A stretch of 64,000 nt of DNA from Chrysomallon squamiferum (Eukaryota; Animalia; Mollusca), in contig CM022673.1 in NCBI GenBank assembly GCA_012295275.1, positions 24,180,001 to 24,244,000 of the forward strand, given 5' to 3'. Of the stretch, positions 38,705-50,685 are shown piece after piece. The position numbers were made by a program, and so were the translations under genes. The first letter of the stretch is position 1, and each line of letters starts with the position of its first letter. The notes under the pieces are model-generated. The model made no database searches. It had not been told where the DNA came from and saw only the letters and a program-made list of their open reading frames with translations.

Positions 38705-40956
38705 TTTTTTTTAAATCTTTATTAGTATAATCACCAGTTGTACACAATTAAAATAACATTAAAACTGTAAATAACAATAATAAAAACTGTTTCCTCTCAC
38801 ACACTCAGTCACACTCACATGCATGCATACTTATTTATTCGGAATATTCATATATATATACAGTATTTTATAGTATTAATTCTTTTATCCATTTCCATGA
38901 TATATGTATATTGATTATTTGTAGCTTTCCAAAGGATATTTGAAAATAAGTATGTCATCTTTTAGTTCTAGGAAAATATTGTTCTTAACATATTTGTTAA
39001 TAAAAATTGAAAGTTTGTTTTGAATACGATATTGATTTAGAATGATTTTAAAGCACTGATACATATAATTTCTAAAAAAATGTATTATATTGATATTTGT
39101 TCCTTTTATTTGAGCTATTAGACGCCTTTTGAACACTGTTATTCTATAAATTGAAAGAATAATGTTAATAAATTCTATTGTACTATTTTCAGTTTTGACA
39201 TAACATCCAAATATTAATAATCTTTTTAATTGTTCTAGGGAAAACCCTGTTTTCTTAAATATATAAATACATATTTCATGAAAGATTGATATTAATTCCT
39301 TCAATTCTTCACAATACAAAAATAAATGGCACAAATCTTCATCATCCTTTAAACACACTGGACATACACTAGATGAGATTTTGCCATATTTATATAATTT
39401 GTTATATGTATATATTATATGATGAACTGTTTTAAAATCTAAGTCTATAAATTCAGTAAATTTATCACTATAGTGTATCCATTTCCAAACTGGTCTCCAG
39501 AATATATTAAAACCAAGCTCATTCCATTTTTCTTCACAAGTTGGTGCTTTAAAGTTTTTTAATACTAAAATAGAATAAATTATTTTAACTGTAAATTTAC
39601 TGACATTTATCATTTCATTATTCTGAAACAAAAATAAATCTTTATTAGATGTTAATTTTTTAGCATTTCTGTTAATAGAACTTTTCCATTCATCTGGAAG
39701 TGATTTCTTAATAACATTGTAAGCTATATAAATTTGGTTTTTGGATAATTCTGGAGATTTTTCATGAATAATTTCTACAATAGCTGTAAAAGGAAGAAAA
39801 CCTGATATTACTTCATAAGCAATATCAGCCACTTTGACTATTCCACTTTTTATAAAAGAACTAAATAATAATAATTTGTTTTTATATTTAATGAATGGAT
39901 TTTGAAAAAGTGGCTGAAACAATATTTCGTCTGTATCAAGTGGGAAATTACGTTCTCCATTGTTAACATAGTCCCAAGCTGATAACATTTCAGCATAAAA
40001 AGGATTGATAACTTTTAAAGCTTCTTTACTGTATACTATTTTAAAAATGTCATAATTTAGATTCATATTCATATATTTTTCAAGAAATATCATCACTGTC
40101 ACTGTCGCTGTTTTTTTGTTCGTCGCTGTCATACTCTGTCCAACACTCACATTCATCCTCTTTGTTTCCACACTTTTCACACAGAAATATGTTCGGGCAG
40201 TTTCTAGCAAAATGTCCTTTTTGTTTACAGTTATGTCACCTTATATTTGGACAGTCTTTCAACAAATGATTATCCGCCATACAGTTGTAACAGACTTTTA
40301 TTTGATTGTCATGTAATACTCTAAAATATTTTATTCCTTCGTAAGTCCGAAATTTCATTGAGTATGGTAAACTTTTTATTCCGGGTGGAAATTTCTCTCT
40401 CACATATCTTGTTCCATCTGCAATTTTTGTCCCTTTGTATAGTTTTCTATAAATTGGTGATAGAATTTCTATTTCCATTTGTTTCAATTTTTCTTCAATT
40501 TCTTCATCTTCAATGTAGGCAGGCAAGTGCAAAAAGGAAACTACTACAGTTTCAGATTTCAAAATTCTCGCCTTTATTTTTAGACCTTTCAGTTCTGTTT
40601 CATCAATTTCCGTAATCATTCTCGCTTGTATAATATCTTCTAGTGTTATTTCATAAGAGTCGGATTCTTTCGGTACGCACGCTTTTATCACATCACCCAC
40701 CTGGCCACTTACAAAATCTATCATGTCGCCTGCTGAAATTTTCTTGTTATCTTCTACATTTACAATCACGGTGCATTCTTTTTTAAAAACATTTTTTCTC
40801 ATTACTTCTTTTTTTAAATTCATGTCTTTGATCTTTTCCTCGTAATTTTCAGATTCTTCCGCCCAAGACATAACACTTAGTTTACAACGAAACCTTTCCG
40901 AAGCGAGAGCCGATGTGAAACGCGTCCACACTCGACGCCACCATAACCGGAAGTCT
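38705..40956 (-). mobile_element. Tx1 copy with both ends intact and a ~3.1-kb internal deletion, inserted in tRNA-Glu
   Basis: TSD CGCGAAATCCT at 38694-38704 and 40957-40967; AATAAA (38718-38723) plus A8-9 tail; ORF1 N-terminus (ATG 40871, TGA at 40236) joined at ~40090 to the ORF2 C-terminus with CPVC...HLFLYC zinc finger. Confidence 0.95.
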
Positions 40957-40987
40957 CGCGAAATCCTAACCACTAGTCCACTTGGGA
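40957..40987 (-). pseudogene. 5' part (nt 1-31) of the tRNA-Glu interrupted by Tx1
   Basis: TCCCAAGTGGACTAGTGGTTAGGATTTCGCG immediately followed by the element 5' end AGACTTCC. Confidence 0.93.
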
Positions 40988-41501
40988 AGTTGCAAAGACA
41001 GTTCTGGATACCGTTTATGAAGTGAATAGCAAACACGGTAAACAGTTCAAACACAAAAATAAATCGCAGCCAATGTATTGTTATAGACAGAGTCTAAACG
41101 TTTCCAGTCGAGAAAGGGTTTTGGTGGAAGCTTTACTTAAATAGTAACAGAACTGTTATTTCATAATCCTTTTTTCAAGCATGAAAATATTTTTGATGAA
41201 ATGTTTAATTTATTGTGGAATAACAACTGTTGCTAATATTACACATGCTTTTATTACAGGATTCATTAATATATCATTTCGCATCATTAATGCTCGAGTG
41301 TTGTTCCTTTCTTTATTATTATTATCGAAAATAAAGCATAAATAATGTGACAGCCTCAGAGAACGTGACAAACTCAGGCGTGCTTCACAACAGCTTGCTC
41401 TGATAAGTCATTTTTAATTTTTCTCTTTTATCGGCAGTGGGAAGGCAGTCAAGTCATGGGTAAAATTAAATAGATGACTTTGTGATGATATATTAGTGAC
41501 T

Positions 41502-41665
41502 GCAGGGTAGCTAGAGGGGGAGCAAGGGACCTTTCACTACCCATGAACACATTCTTAGAAACTGGCGCTTTTTTTCAACAATAATTAAGTTTTAATTATG
41601 CGATAAAAATTCGAACCTTTTTTTTAATAGTTTTCGCTCCCCTTAATTTTAAAACCTGGCTACTG
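41502..41665. mobile_element. Short MITE-like insertion
   Basis: 10-bp direct repeat ATTAGTGACT at 41492-41501 and 41666-41675; imperfect inverted ends CAGGGTAGCTAG / CTGGCTACTG. Confidence 0.6.
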
Positions 41666-43151
41666 ATTAGTGACTAACATTTTAAGTGTACAGAATGAAA
41701 ATCGCGTTTATTGACGAATGAAAATACTTCTGTTTTATAAAATTTGCACTTAACTAAGAAACTACTGGTACAGAGATGTTTTAGTTTTTAATTCAATTGT
41801 CGATATATAATATGAATGGTGAATTTAGTATTTTTCTATTGAACATGCTGTTGTTCATCTGGTCTGGAAAAAAAAAAAAATTGGCTGCGATGGTACGTAT
41901 GAAACTGGAAAATGTATCTCGAAACTCGAAATGAAATCAAACTTGAGTATCACTTCTGTTAATTAAACCACACACAACACTTGACCGATCTTAGGAACTT
42001 CACGTGACAAGATAAATCAATTGAAATTTCTTAAATACTCTGGATCCTATCAGGACCTACAACAAGTAGCTCGAAAGATGTTATAAAAATAATTTTAAAC
42101 TGTATAGATGTGTTTTGTTTTAAAATTATCTGTAATATTAAAACTGCACTAAGACAATTTACTATTATAATAATAACTACAACCAGTGTGCTGACAACAA
42201 CACCTGCAGCACTGACACTTTTTGACGTGCACACCTCGCTAATATCATCAGTAGCGTAAATATTATTATATATCTCATGTTACTAGATTTATTTCCCGAT
42301 GGCGCAGAATAAATGGCACAGCATTACATTTCAAACGTAACGTACTGTCCTATCAATATAAATTTAACAATTATTTTTTTTTCAGACTCTGCTTGTTCCG
42401 CAGAAGTTATATATATATATATTTATTTATTTTACTTTAAAAGATAAACGATTAATAATTACTTTTTTCTCTTAAAATAAATAAGAAAACGAAGAAAGAA
42501 CAATTTAAACATGGCCGAATAGATAAATAAATAAATAAATAAATATATATATATATATGTATACAAACACACATACACACACAACACACTCATACACATA
42601 GACATATAAACATACATGTGTGTGTGTATATGTGTTGTGTTGTGTGTCAGTCAACACATAAAACATAATATATTGTTGACTACACGTACAACTGCATTAA
42701 ACTGGAAACATTAGACTGGCTAGATACGTATCTAAACTTATGCCTCCATAGATCTATGTCAGTTAATCAAACTAAATAGGTCGATATATTTAATAAAATG
42801 CAGATTTCCCAACACATTTATGTCATCTTTCACCTGATGTTGTTCATCACTAAGACGGATGTGCAAAATCTGTCCACCTATTGGAGTGCTGAAAATTTTC
42901 CATTGGCCATTACCGTTATAATACTCAGATGTGTTAACAAAGTGTGAAACTTTGGAACCCAGATGAATATATAAATGACATAAGCTAGCCTAGTTCGCGA
43001 CTGTGCCTAAGAAAGAAATCAGATCATTTTCTATTTAGAAATGTTAATCGTTTCATAATTTTAGATTCATTTGACGAGCTACAGAAAACTGTAAATAATA
43101 AGTTTTCTTTATCTTCGGTTGGTGAACGTTGGTTGCGTTTTGCTTTAACAG

Positions 43152-43208
43152 TATAAAAGTATTCGATCGAATTCTCCATCTCTGTAATAACAGATCCACG
43201 GTATTCAG
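43152..43208 (+). promoter_or_regulatory. Possible TATA box and short non-coding first exon of G8
   Basis: TATAAAA at 43152; TCAG|GTTAGT donor conserved in all units; polypyrimidine acceptor (TTTTTCTAG or TTTCTCCAG) ~25-30 nt before each ATG; TATA is imperfect in the other copies. Confidence 0.4.
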
Positions 43209-43368
43209 GTTAGTAGTACGTAAAACTGCCTAATCTGCATAGTTTAGCAACAGAACATTTATAAATGTTTATATTATCCATTTTCATACATCGTTATTCT
43301 CAAAATTGTCAGATGTGATATGTTTTTTGCATATATGTGTTTTAAAATTTTATTATTATTATTATTAT

Positions 43369-43400
<32 letters not shown>

Positions 43401-43727
43401 TTAGTATTAGTATTACATAGGATTATCCATTAGAGAGACTGACAAGAATTACGAGTTTAAAACTTTCTATTTTCTATTAACCAACAATGGCGTCTCTTTC
43501 TTCAATTTTTAATATTTCGGACTTGGATGTTTCCGATTTAATCTTTTTATGTTATATTTTATTATTAAAATTAATAATATTGTAATATTAAACTATTAAA
43601 CTATTAAAATATTTGCCATTTAATGGGATTCTGCACCTTTATATAAATATTTTGTAATGTATATTGTTTTATTGATATTTTAAATAATGTCATTTTTTTC
43701 TAGATCAGAAAAAAGAGAAAAACAAAA

Positions 43728-43907
43728 ATGAAGTTTATTTCTGTTTTGGCTTTTGTGTCGCTGTATTAACAATTACATGCATTCAGTCGTGGGGAACATC
43801 GGCGTCTTCAGAAGGTATTTTTTTTTTTTCTCATTAGGTATAGCTTTGATTACACAAAAAAACAGCCTACCTGCATTTCTGAACACTTACAGATGATTGT
43901 TTTATTA

Positions 43908-43949
<42 letters not shown>

Positions 43950-45077
43950 ACAGTTGACTGATATAGACAAACAGACGAAGAGACAAGTAGATAATAGTTA
44001 TGGAAATATACAAAAGTTATTATATGTATTTTGAAATACAACTGTATGCGACCACACAAGCTACAATTCAACATTTAGCTTTGATTACACAAATAAACAG
44101 CCTACATGCATTTCTGAACACTTCCAGGTGATTGTTTTAATAGTTTTATGTGTACAGATAGGAATCAGGTAAATGCATAGATCGATAGATAATATATCTA
44201 TAACAATGATTTCTGCGTATAAATGTATGTGTGTGTATGTATGTATGTATAACAGATTAACTGATATAGACAAACAGAGATTTAAGCAGATAATTGTAAT
44301 GAAGATATGTAGAAGTTCTTATATTAATTTTGAAACACAGCTGTATGCGGTTACAACAGCTACAATCCAAGCTTCAGCATGTGCTGCAGTGGAAACGTTG
44401 TCCCTAGAAGAGGCATAACTCCTGCATGTTGTGGAAGGCAAGGCTATGATGATGCAACCGACATGTGCTGCGGGGGAAACGTTGTCCCTAGAAGAGGCAT
44501 AACTCCTGCATGTTGTGGAAGGCAAGGCTATGATGATGCAACCGACATGTGTTGCTGGAGAAACGTTGTCCCCAGAAGAGGCATAACTCCTGCATGTTGT
44601 GGAAGGCAAGGCTATGATGATGCAACCGACATGTGCTGCGGGGGACACGTTGTCCCCAGAAGAGGCATAACTCCTGCATGTTGTGGAAGGCAAGGCTATG
44701 ATGATGCAACCGACATGTGCTGTTGGAGAAACGTTGTCCCCAGAAGAGGAATAAGTCCTGCATGTTGTGGAAGGCAAGGTTATGATGATGCAACCGACAT
44801 GTGCTGCGGGGGAAACGTTGTCCCCAGAAGAGGAATAAGTCCTGCATGTTGTGGAAGGCAAGGTTATGATGATGCAACCGACATGTGCTGTTGGAGAAAC
44901 GTTGTCCCCAGAAGAGGAATAAGTCCTGCATGTTGTGGAAGGCAAGGTTATGATGATGCAACCGACATGTGCTGCGGGGGAAACGTTGTCCGCAGAAGTG
45001 GAATAAGTCCTGCATGTTGTGGAACACAAAGTTATGATGCAGCATTCGACAGCTGCTGCAATGGCCGTATTTGCTAG
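43728..45077 (+). pseudogene. Galaxin-like G8 (subfamily B), eight 28-aa repeats; exons 43728-43814 and 44341-45077; exon 1 is 1 nt short
   Basis: Exon 2 fully open (232 aa from MCC); T4 at 43751-43754 versus T5 in G7 shifts the frame to TAA; may be an intact gene with a homopolymer error. Confidence 0.75.
44379..45050 (+). repeat. Coding minisatellite, 8 x 84 bp
   Basis: MCCxxNVVPRRGI(T/S)PACCGRQGYDDATD repeated. Confidence 0.95.
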
Positions 45078-47060
45078 AAGAAAACAAATACGAATTCAAA
45101 ACTTGCGTCATAGTTCTGTAACAAGAATATTAACATAATTAATACATAGAGTTTTTTCATTGATTACATTCTGTTTTTATTCTTAAACTGATCCGACGAA
45201 TTTTGAAGGAAGAAAAGAAAAAATACAGCTAATAACAAAATTTATAACATTCTATTCCGAAATTCGTGGAAATATCCTAGAATTTGAATAATATAGTCAA
45301 TAAAGTCATCATCAAATATCAATCAACAAAATAATGAGTTTGCAATGGACTTAGTTTAGACGACAATAAGAACATCTTAATATTTTTATCTACTGTCGAT
45401 GTGTATCTAAACAGTGTTTAACATGTCATTAAATATTTTGTCTAACAAAATAACACAGACTTATGCAAGGCAAATAGTACATATATATATATAATACTAA
45501 CAGTTAGATCTGTAATGACTAGGTAATTTATCTGTGTGATGTTACAATGAATGAAAATAAGAATGACTGACGCCAGGTTTACTCAAAGTAAAAGGCAACG
45601 TATTCTGTTTTAATTTTCTCTCTTTCTTTTCTTTTCTTTTTTGTTTTTTCCTTTTCTGTTGTAACTTATTAATCAGTTAACTATACAGTCTGTCTACAAA
45701 ACCAACAACTGTGGGTCATGAATGACATCATGGAAAAACACGTGCATTCGACGGCTTGTAGGACCGGACCAGTCAATCCCATCCTGGAGTTCGATATCAT
45801 CATCATAAGATTTCAGAAATAAACATTAATTATACTCATATCTTAACATGTGACACAGCTTCGCTAAAAATATGTAAGGGACATTTTCTTAGTTTAAGTT
45901 ATTTAGAAACTGCAAAATGTAATTGTTATAATAGTACAAAACGTACTGAACTGTGAGGGCAGCGAAATTATTGGTTTTTGAAATTAATATTTGGCATTAA
46001 AAAGTGTGCAGGATTTTCTTTTTTTTATCTATTTGATATCGACAAGACAAATTTACAACAAACTTTTCAAAAACAAAAATTAACTGTCATTTACTTTGTT
46101 TGTTAAAACGATCTTAAAAGTTAAAATAAATTTCAGAAACGAAAGAGAGAAAGAAGAATAAAGACATTAAAATTAAACAATTCCAAAAATGCCCTTACTG
46201 AAACGTATAGTAGTTATAACTTACAGGAAGACGTATGTTTTACGCCACCCGTTCATTTCAGGATCTAATACAACAGTCTCCAGTTAGGAAAACAACTCTG
46301 TACTGAGAAAATAATGTATTAGTAGGTAACATTTTAAATATACAGAGTGAAAACCTCATACATTCACGGATAAAAGGTGCCCTCTTTAAAAAATGAATAC
46401 CTTGATTAACTCTGTTTAGCACAAATATTAACTTTGGTCGTTTCGTGGCAGGACGGAGTAAATCATACACTACACATTAGCTTACGTAACATCTGATACA
46501 CACATTTACAGTTCAGTTTAATTCAGTCACAAATAAATAAGTGAATGAAAGGTGTTCATGTCAGTTTTGAAAAATCAGAAAAGAGATTGGTTTGTACTTC
46601 ATATAAGACAACAGAAATAGGAACGAGGATGGTCTATTTGAGTTAATTAAAAATAAAGTTTAGCCTTTATGCTTTACAGTCTGAAAATAAATATTACACA
46701 TCGTACATATTATAGAAAAGGCGATCAAAATAAAAACATCCAGATGGACTGTCAGTAATTGTGACTGTTTTCTGTCTACTGACACAGTAGCGTAATATAT
46801 TAAAGAATGAAAATGATAAGAAGGCACCATAAATTACCTGTTTTATAAATAAAAATATAAAAATGGTGCCAATGTTCTAAAGTTTAGTGTCAAAAAATTA
46901 ATTTAGTAACATATTTAGTTTTACTTTTTTCCATTTATTAACAATATTAACATCACATAATAATGCTAGTTTTAAAATTTTATATACTATGTCTTTCTAA
47001 AACAATACGAAATTGTGATTATCAATAATTTCCCAACAATAATAATGTAACAAACTATTC

Positions 47061-47260
47061 NNNNNNNNNNNNNNNNNNNNNNNNNNNNNNNNNNNNNNNN
47101 NNNNNNNNNNNNNNNNNNNNNNNNNNNNNNNNNNNNNNNNNNNNNNNNNNNNNNNNNNNNNNNNNNNNNNNNNNNNNNNNNNNNNNNNNNNNNNNNNNNN
47201 NNNNNNNNNNNNNNNNNNNNNNNNNNNNNNNNNNNNNNNNNNNNNNNNNNNNNNNNNNNN
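47061..47260. other. Assembly gap (200 N)
   Basis: Run of N. Confidence 1.
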
Positions 47261-48598
47261 AATTAACTGTCATTTACTTTCTTTGTTAAAATGATCTTAA
47301 AAGGTAAAATAAATTTCAAAAACAAAAGAGAGAAAGAGGAATAAAGACATTAAAATTAAATATTTCTAAAAATGTCCATATTGAAACGTGTAGTAGTTAT
47401 AACTTACAGGAAGATGTATGTTTTACTCCACCCGTTCATTTCAGGATCTAAGTCAACAGTTTCCAGTTAGAAAAACAGCTCTGTACTGAGAAAATAATGT
47501 ATTAGTAGCTAAACTTTTTAAATATACAGAGCGAAAACCTCATACATTCACGGATAAAAGGTGCCCTCTTTAAAAAATAACACCTTGATTAACTCTGTTT
47601 AGCTCAAATATTAACTGGACGCTAACAACACTTGGTCGTTTCGTGGCAAGACGGAGTAACTCATACACTACACATTAGCTTACGTAACATCTGATACACA
47701 CATTTACAGTTCAGTTTAATTCAGTCACAAATAAATAAGTGAATGAAAGGTGTTCATGTCAGTTTTGAAAAATCAGAAAAGAGATTGGTTTGTACTTCAT
47801 ATAAGACAACAGAAATAGGAACGAGGATGGTCTATTTGAGTTAATTAAAAATAAAGTTTAGCTTTTATGCTTTACAGTCTGAAAATAAACATTACACATC
47901 GTACATATTATAGAAAAGGTGATCAGAATAAAAACATCCAGATGGACTGTCAGTAATTGTGACGGTTTTCTGTCTACTGACACAGTAGCGTAATATATTA
48001 AAGAATGAAATTGATAAAAAGGCACCATAAATTACCTGTTTTATAAATAAAAATATAAAAATGGTGCCAATGTTCTAAAGTTTAGTGTCAAAAAATTAAT
48101 TTAGTAACATATTTAGTTTTACTTTTTTCCATTTATTAACAATATTAACATCACATAATAATGCTAGTTTTAAAATTTTATCTAATATGTCTTTCTAAAA
48201 CAATACGAAATTGTGATTATCAATAATTTCCCAACAATAATAATGTAACAAAGTATTCACATAGAACAATTATATACCAACAGATTTCAGTTTTAAACAT
48301 GTGAACCATATATTCAATATTGATAACCCCAAAAACTTTTAATCCAGTCATAAGCGTTTATCAATGCCCTAGAAAATAGAATCCAACTGTAGGTAGTCAT
48401 ATCAAGTTTCTCGACCTGTGATCAATGTTAAAAACTGAAATAACGATATGTTTCTTTCTTAATTATTTGTGATGTTACTAGAGTGTAATATATACACACT
48501 GTCTATAACAATATAATTGTTGTGATTTATTTTTCTGTTCGAATTATTCACCTTGTTTGGTTCAATTGTTAAACAGTATCCAGACAGTATTTGTAACT

Positions 48599-48670
48599 TT
48601 CCAAGTGGTCTAGTGGTTAGAATTTCGCGCTCTCACCGCGACGGCCGGGGTTCGATTCCCCGTTTGGGAA
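48599..48670 (+). tRNA. tRNA-Glu(CTC), two substitutions (C2T, G23A)
   Basis: TTCCAAG...TTAGAATTTCGCG; anticodon and T arms intact. Confidence 0.75.
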
Positions 48671-50613
48671 AACGTTTATTTTGGTTTTTCCTTCTTTCTT
48701 TCGATACTTTTGAATTGTTATTTCAATATATTAAAGAATGAAATTGATAAGAAGTAACATTAATTTATCTGTTTTATAAATAAAAATTTAAAAATGGTGC
48801 CAATGTTCTAAAATTAATTTAGTAATATATTTAATTTTAGTTTTTTTACCTTAAAGAATGAAATTATAAGAAACAACAATAATGAATGTTTTATAAATAA
48901 AATCATATCTATCTATCTATCTATCTTTCTACAATCATATCGATTAGACTTATCTCCCTATAGTGATATGTGCTCACAAACATGGATTAGAGTTAGGTAC
49001 GTTACGTGAAATGTATTCACTAAGTAAAGTAAAAAAAAAAAAATCGATTAGACTTATCTCCCTTTAGTGATATGTGTTCACAAACATAGATTAGAGTTAG
49101 GTCCCTTACGTGAGATGTACTCACTAAGCCTATTAAAAATTACATCGATTAGACTTATCTCCCTTTAGTGAGATGTGTTCACAAACATAGATTAGAGTTA
49201 TGTCCATTACGTGAGATGTACTCACCAAGCTTACGTACGCTAATTATCCGATAAATGGAACCTCCAAAAACATCGAGCTTCGATCGTTTTAAAGTTTCAA
49301 TGTGGTTATTTATTTATTTATTTGTTTACTTGTTTATTTATTTATTCTATCCTGTCTACTTTCCTTATTGTTGTGATAATAAAAAAAATCAGTAAATATA
49401 ATAATTTATTGTATCATTTGATAGATTCGGTTTTTTAATATCAGAATTTATTATTTGTATTTGGATTTTATTAATATTCTGAAGTTTATTTGTTTTCAAA
49501 TTTTCTGGCAATTTTCAATTAAATGAATTTTGTTTCTTTCAGAATTGTATATGCATTCAGTACAAGAGTTTTTTCTCTCTTTCTCTGTGTGTGTCTGTGT
49601 GTGTGTGTGTGCGTGTGTGTGTGTGTGTGTTTGTGTGTGTGTGTATACCAAGCAAAGTAAAAATCATATCGAGTAGACCTCTCTCCCTTTAGTGATATGT
49701 GTTAACAAACATTGATTAGAGTTAGGTCCCTTACGTGAGATGTACTCACTAAGCAAAGTAAAAATTATATCGAATAGACTTATCTCCCTTTAGTGATATG
49801 TGTTAACAAACATTGATTAGAGTTAGGTCCATTACGTGAGATGTACTCACTAAGCTTACGTACTTTAATTATCCGATAAATGAAAAATCCAAAAACGCCG
49901 AGCTTCGATCGTTTTAAAATTTCAACGTGGTTCTTTTTTTATTTATACTCACCTGTCTACTTTGCTTATTATAATAAAATAATAAGTAAATAAAACAAAA
50001 TATAAATATTATTATTAATTTGATTCTTCAGCCTACAGAATAAAATATTAATCATTTTTACTCGAATATGAGGAACCAAGAAACAAAATAAAAGTTACAG
50101 TTATTTTTTCTGTGAAGAGCCCAAACCTTTTTATTGTCTTAATCAAGTAACAAATATATGTTCAGACTGTACAAGATATTCCAAGATATAATAATATCTT
50201 CATCAAAGAATAGTTAAAGACATTGTTTAATATACAGAGTAGAAAGAGTTTCAAACAGAAACCGTTAGACAACAACAAACGTTTACCAGAAAACTGATCA
50301 TATAGTACAATTACATATCAACAGATTTCAGTTTTATACACGTCAAACACATATATTTATATTGATAACCCAAAAGAGTTTTAATCCACTTCCCAGCGTT
50401 TATCAATGCCCTTGTAAATGTAGTCCATCTGTAAATAGATATATCAAGTTTGTGGACGTGTGATCAACGTTAAAGTGAAATCAGAATATGTTTCTTTCTT
50501 AATTATTTGTGATGTTACTTGAGTGTAATATATATAATTTATTTTTCTGTTCGATGTGTTTACATTGTTTGCATTTCAGTTATTAAATAGGATCCAGAAC
50601 GACATTTCTAACT

Positions 50614-50685
50614 TCCCAAGTGGTCTAGTGGTTAGGATTTCGCGCTCTCGCCGTGACGTCCGGTGTTCGATTTCCCGCTTGGGAA
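50614..50685 (+). pseudogene. Degenerate tRNA-Glu (B type)
   Basis: Loop CTCTCGC, T stem CGGTG/TCCCG mismatched. Confidence 0.8.

Noticed and set aside
38915-40210. 431-aa ORF as a functional ORF1-ORF2 fusion
   Set aside because: The N-terminal part is out of frame with ORF1, and ORF1 has an upstream TGA at 40236
42031-42234. Hydrophobic 67-aa ORF in the unique central region
   Set aside because: GTG start, no convincing splice context or motif; insufficient evidence
44319-45111. Long antisense ORFs (236 and 207 aa) over G8
   Set aside because: By-product of a stop-free 84-bp repeat; no independent gene signals
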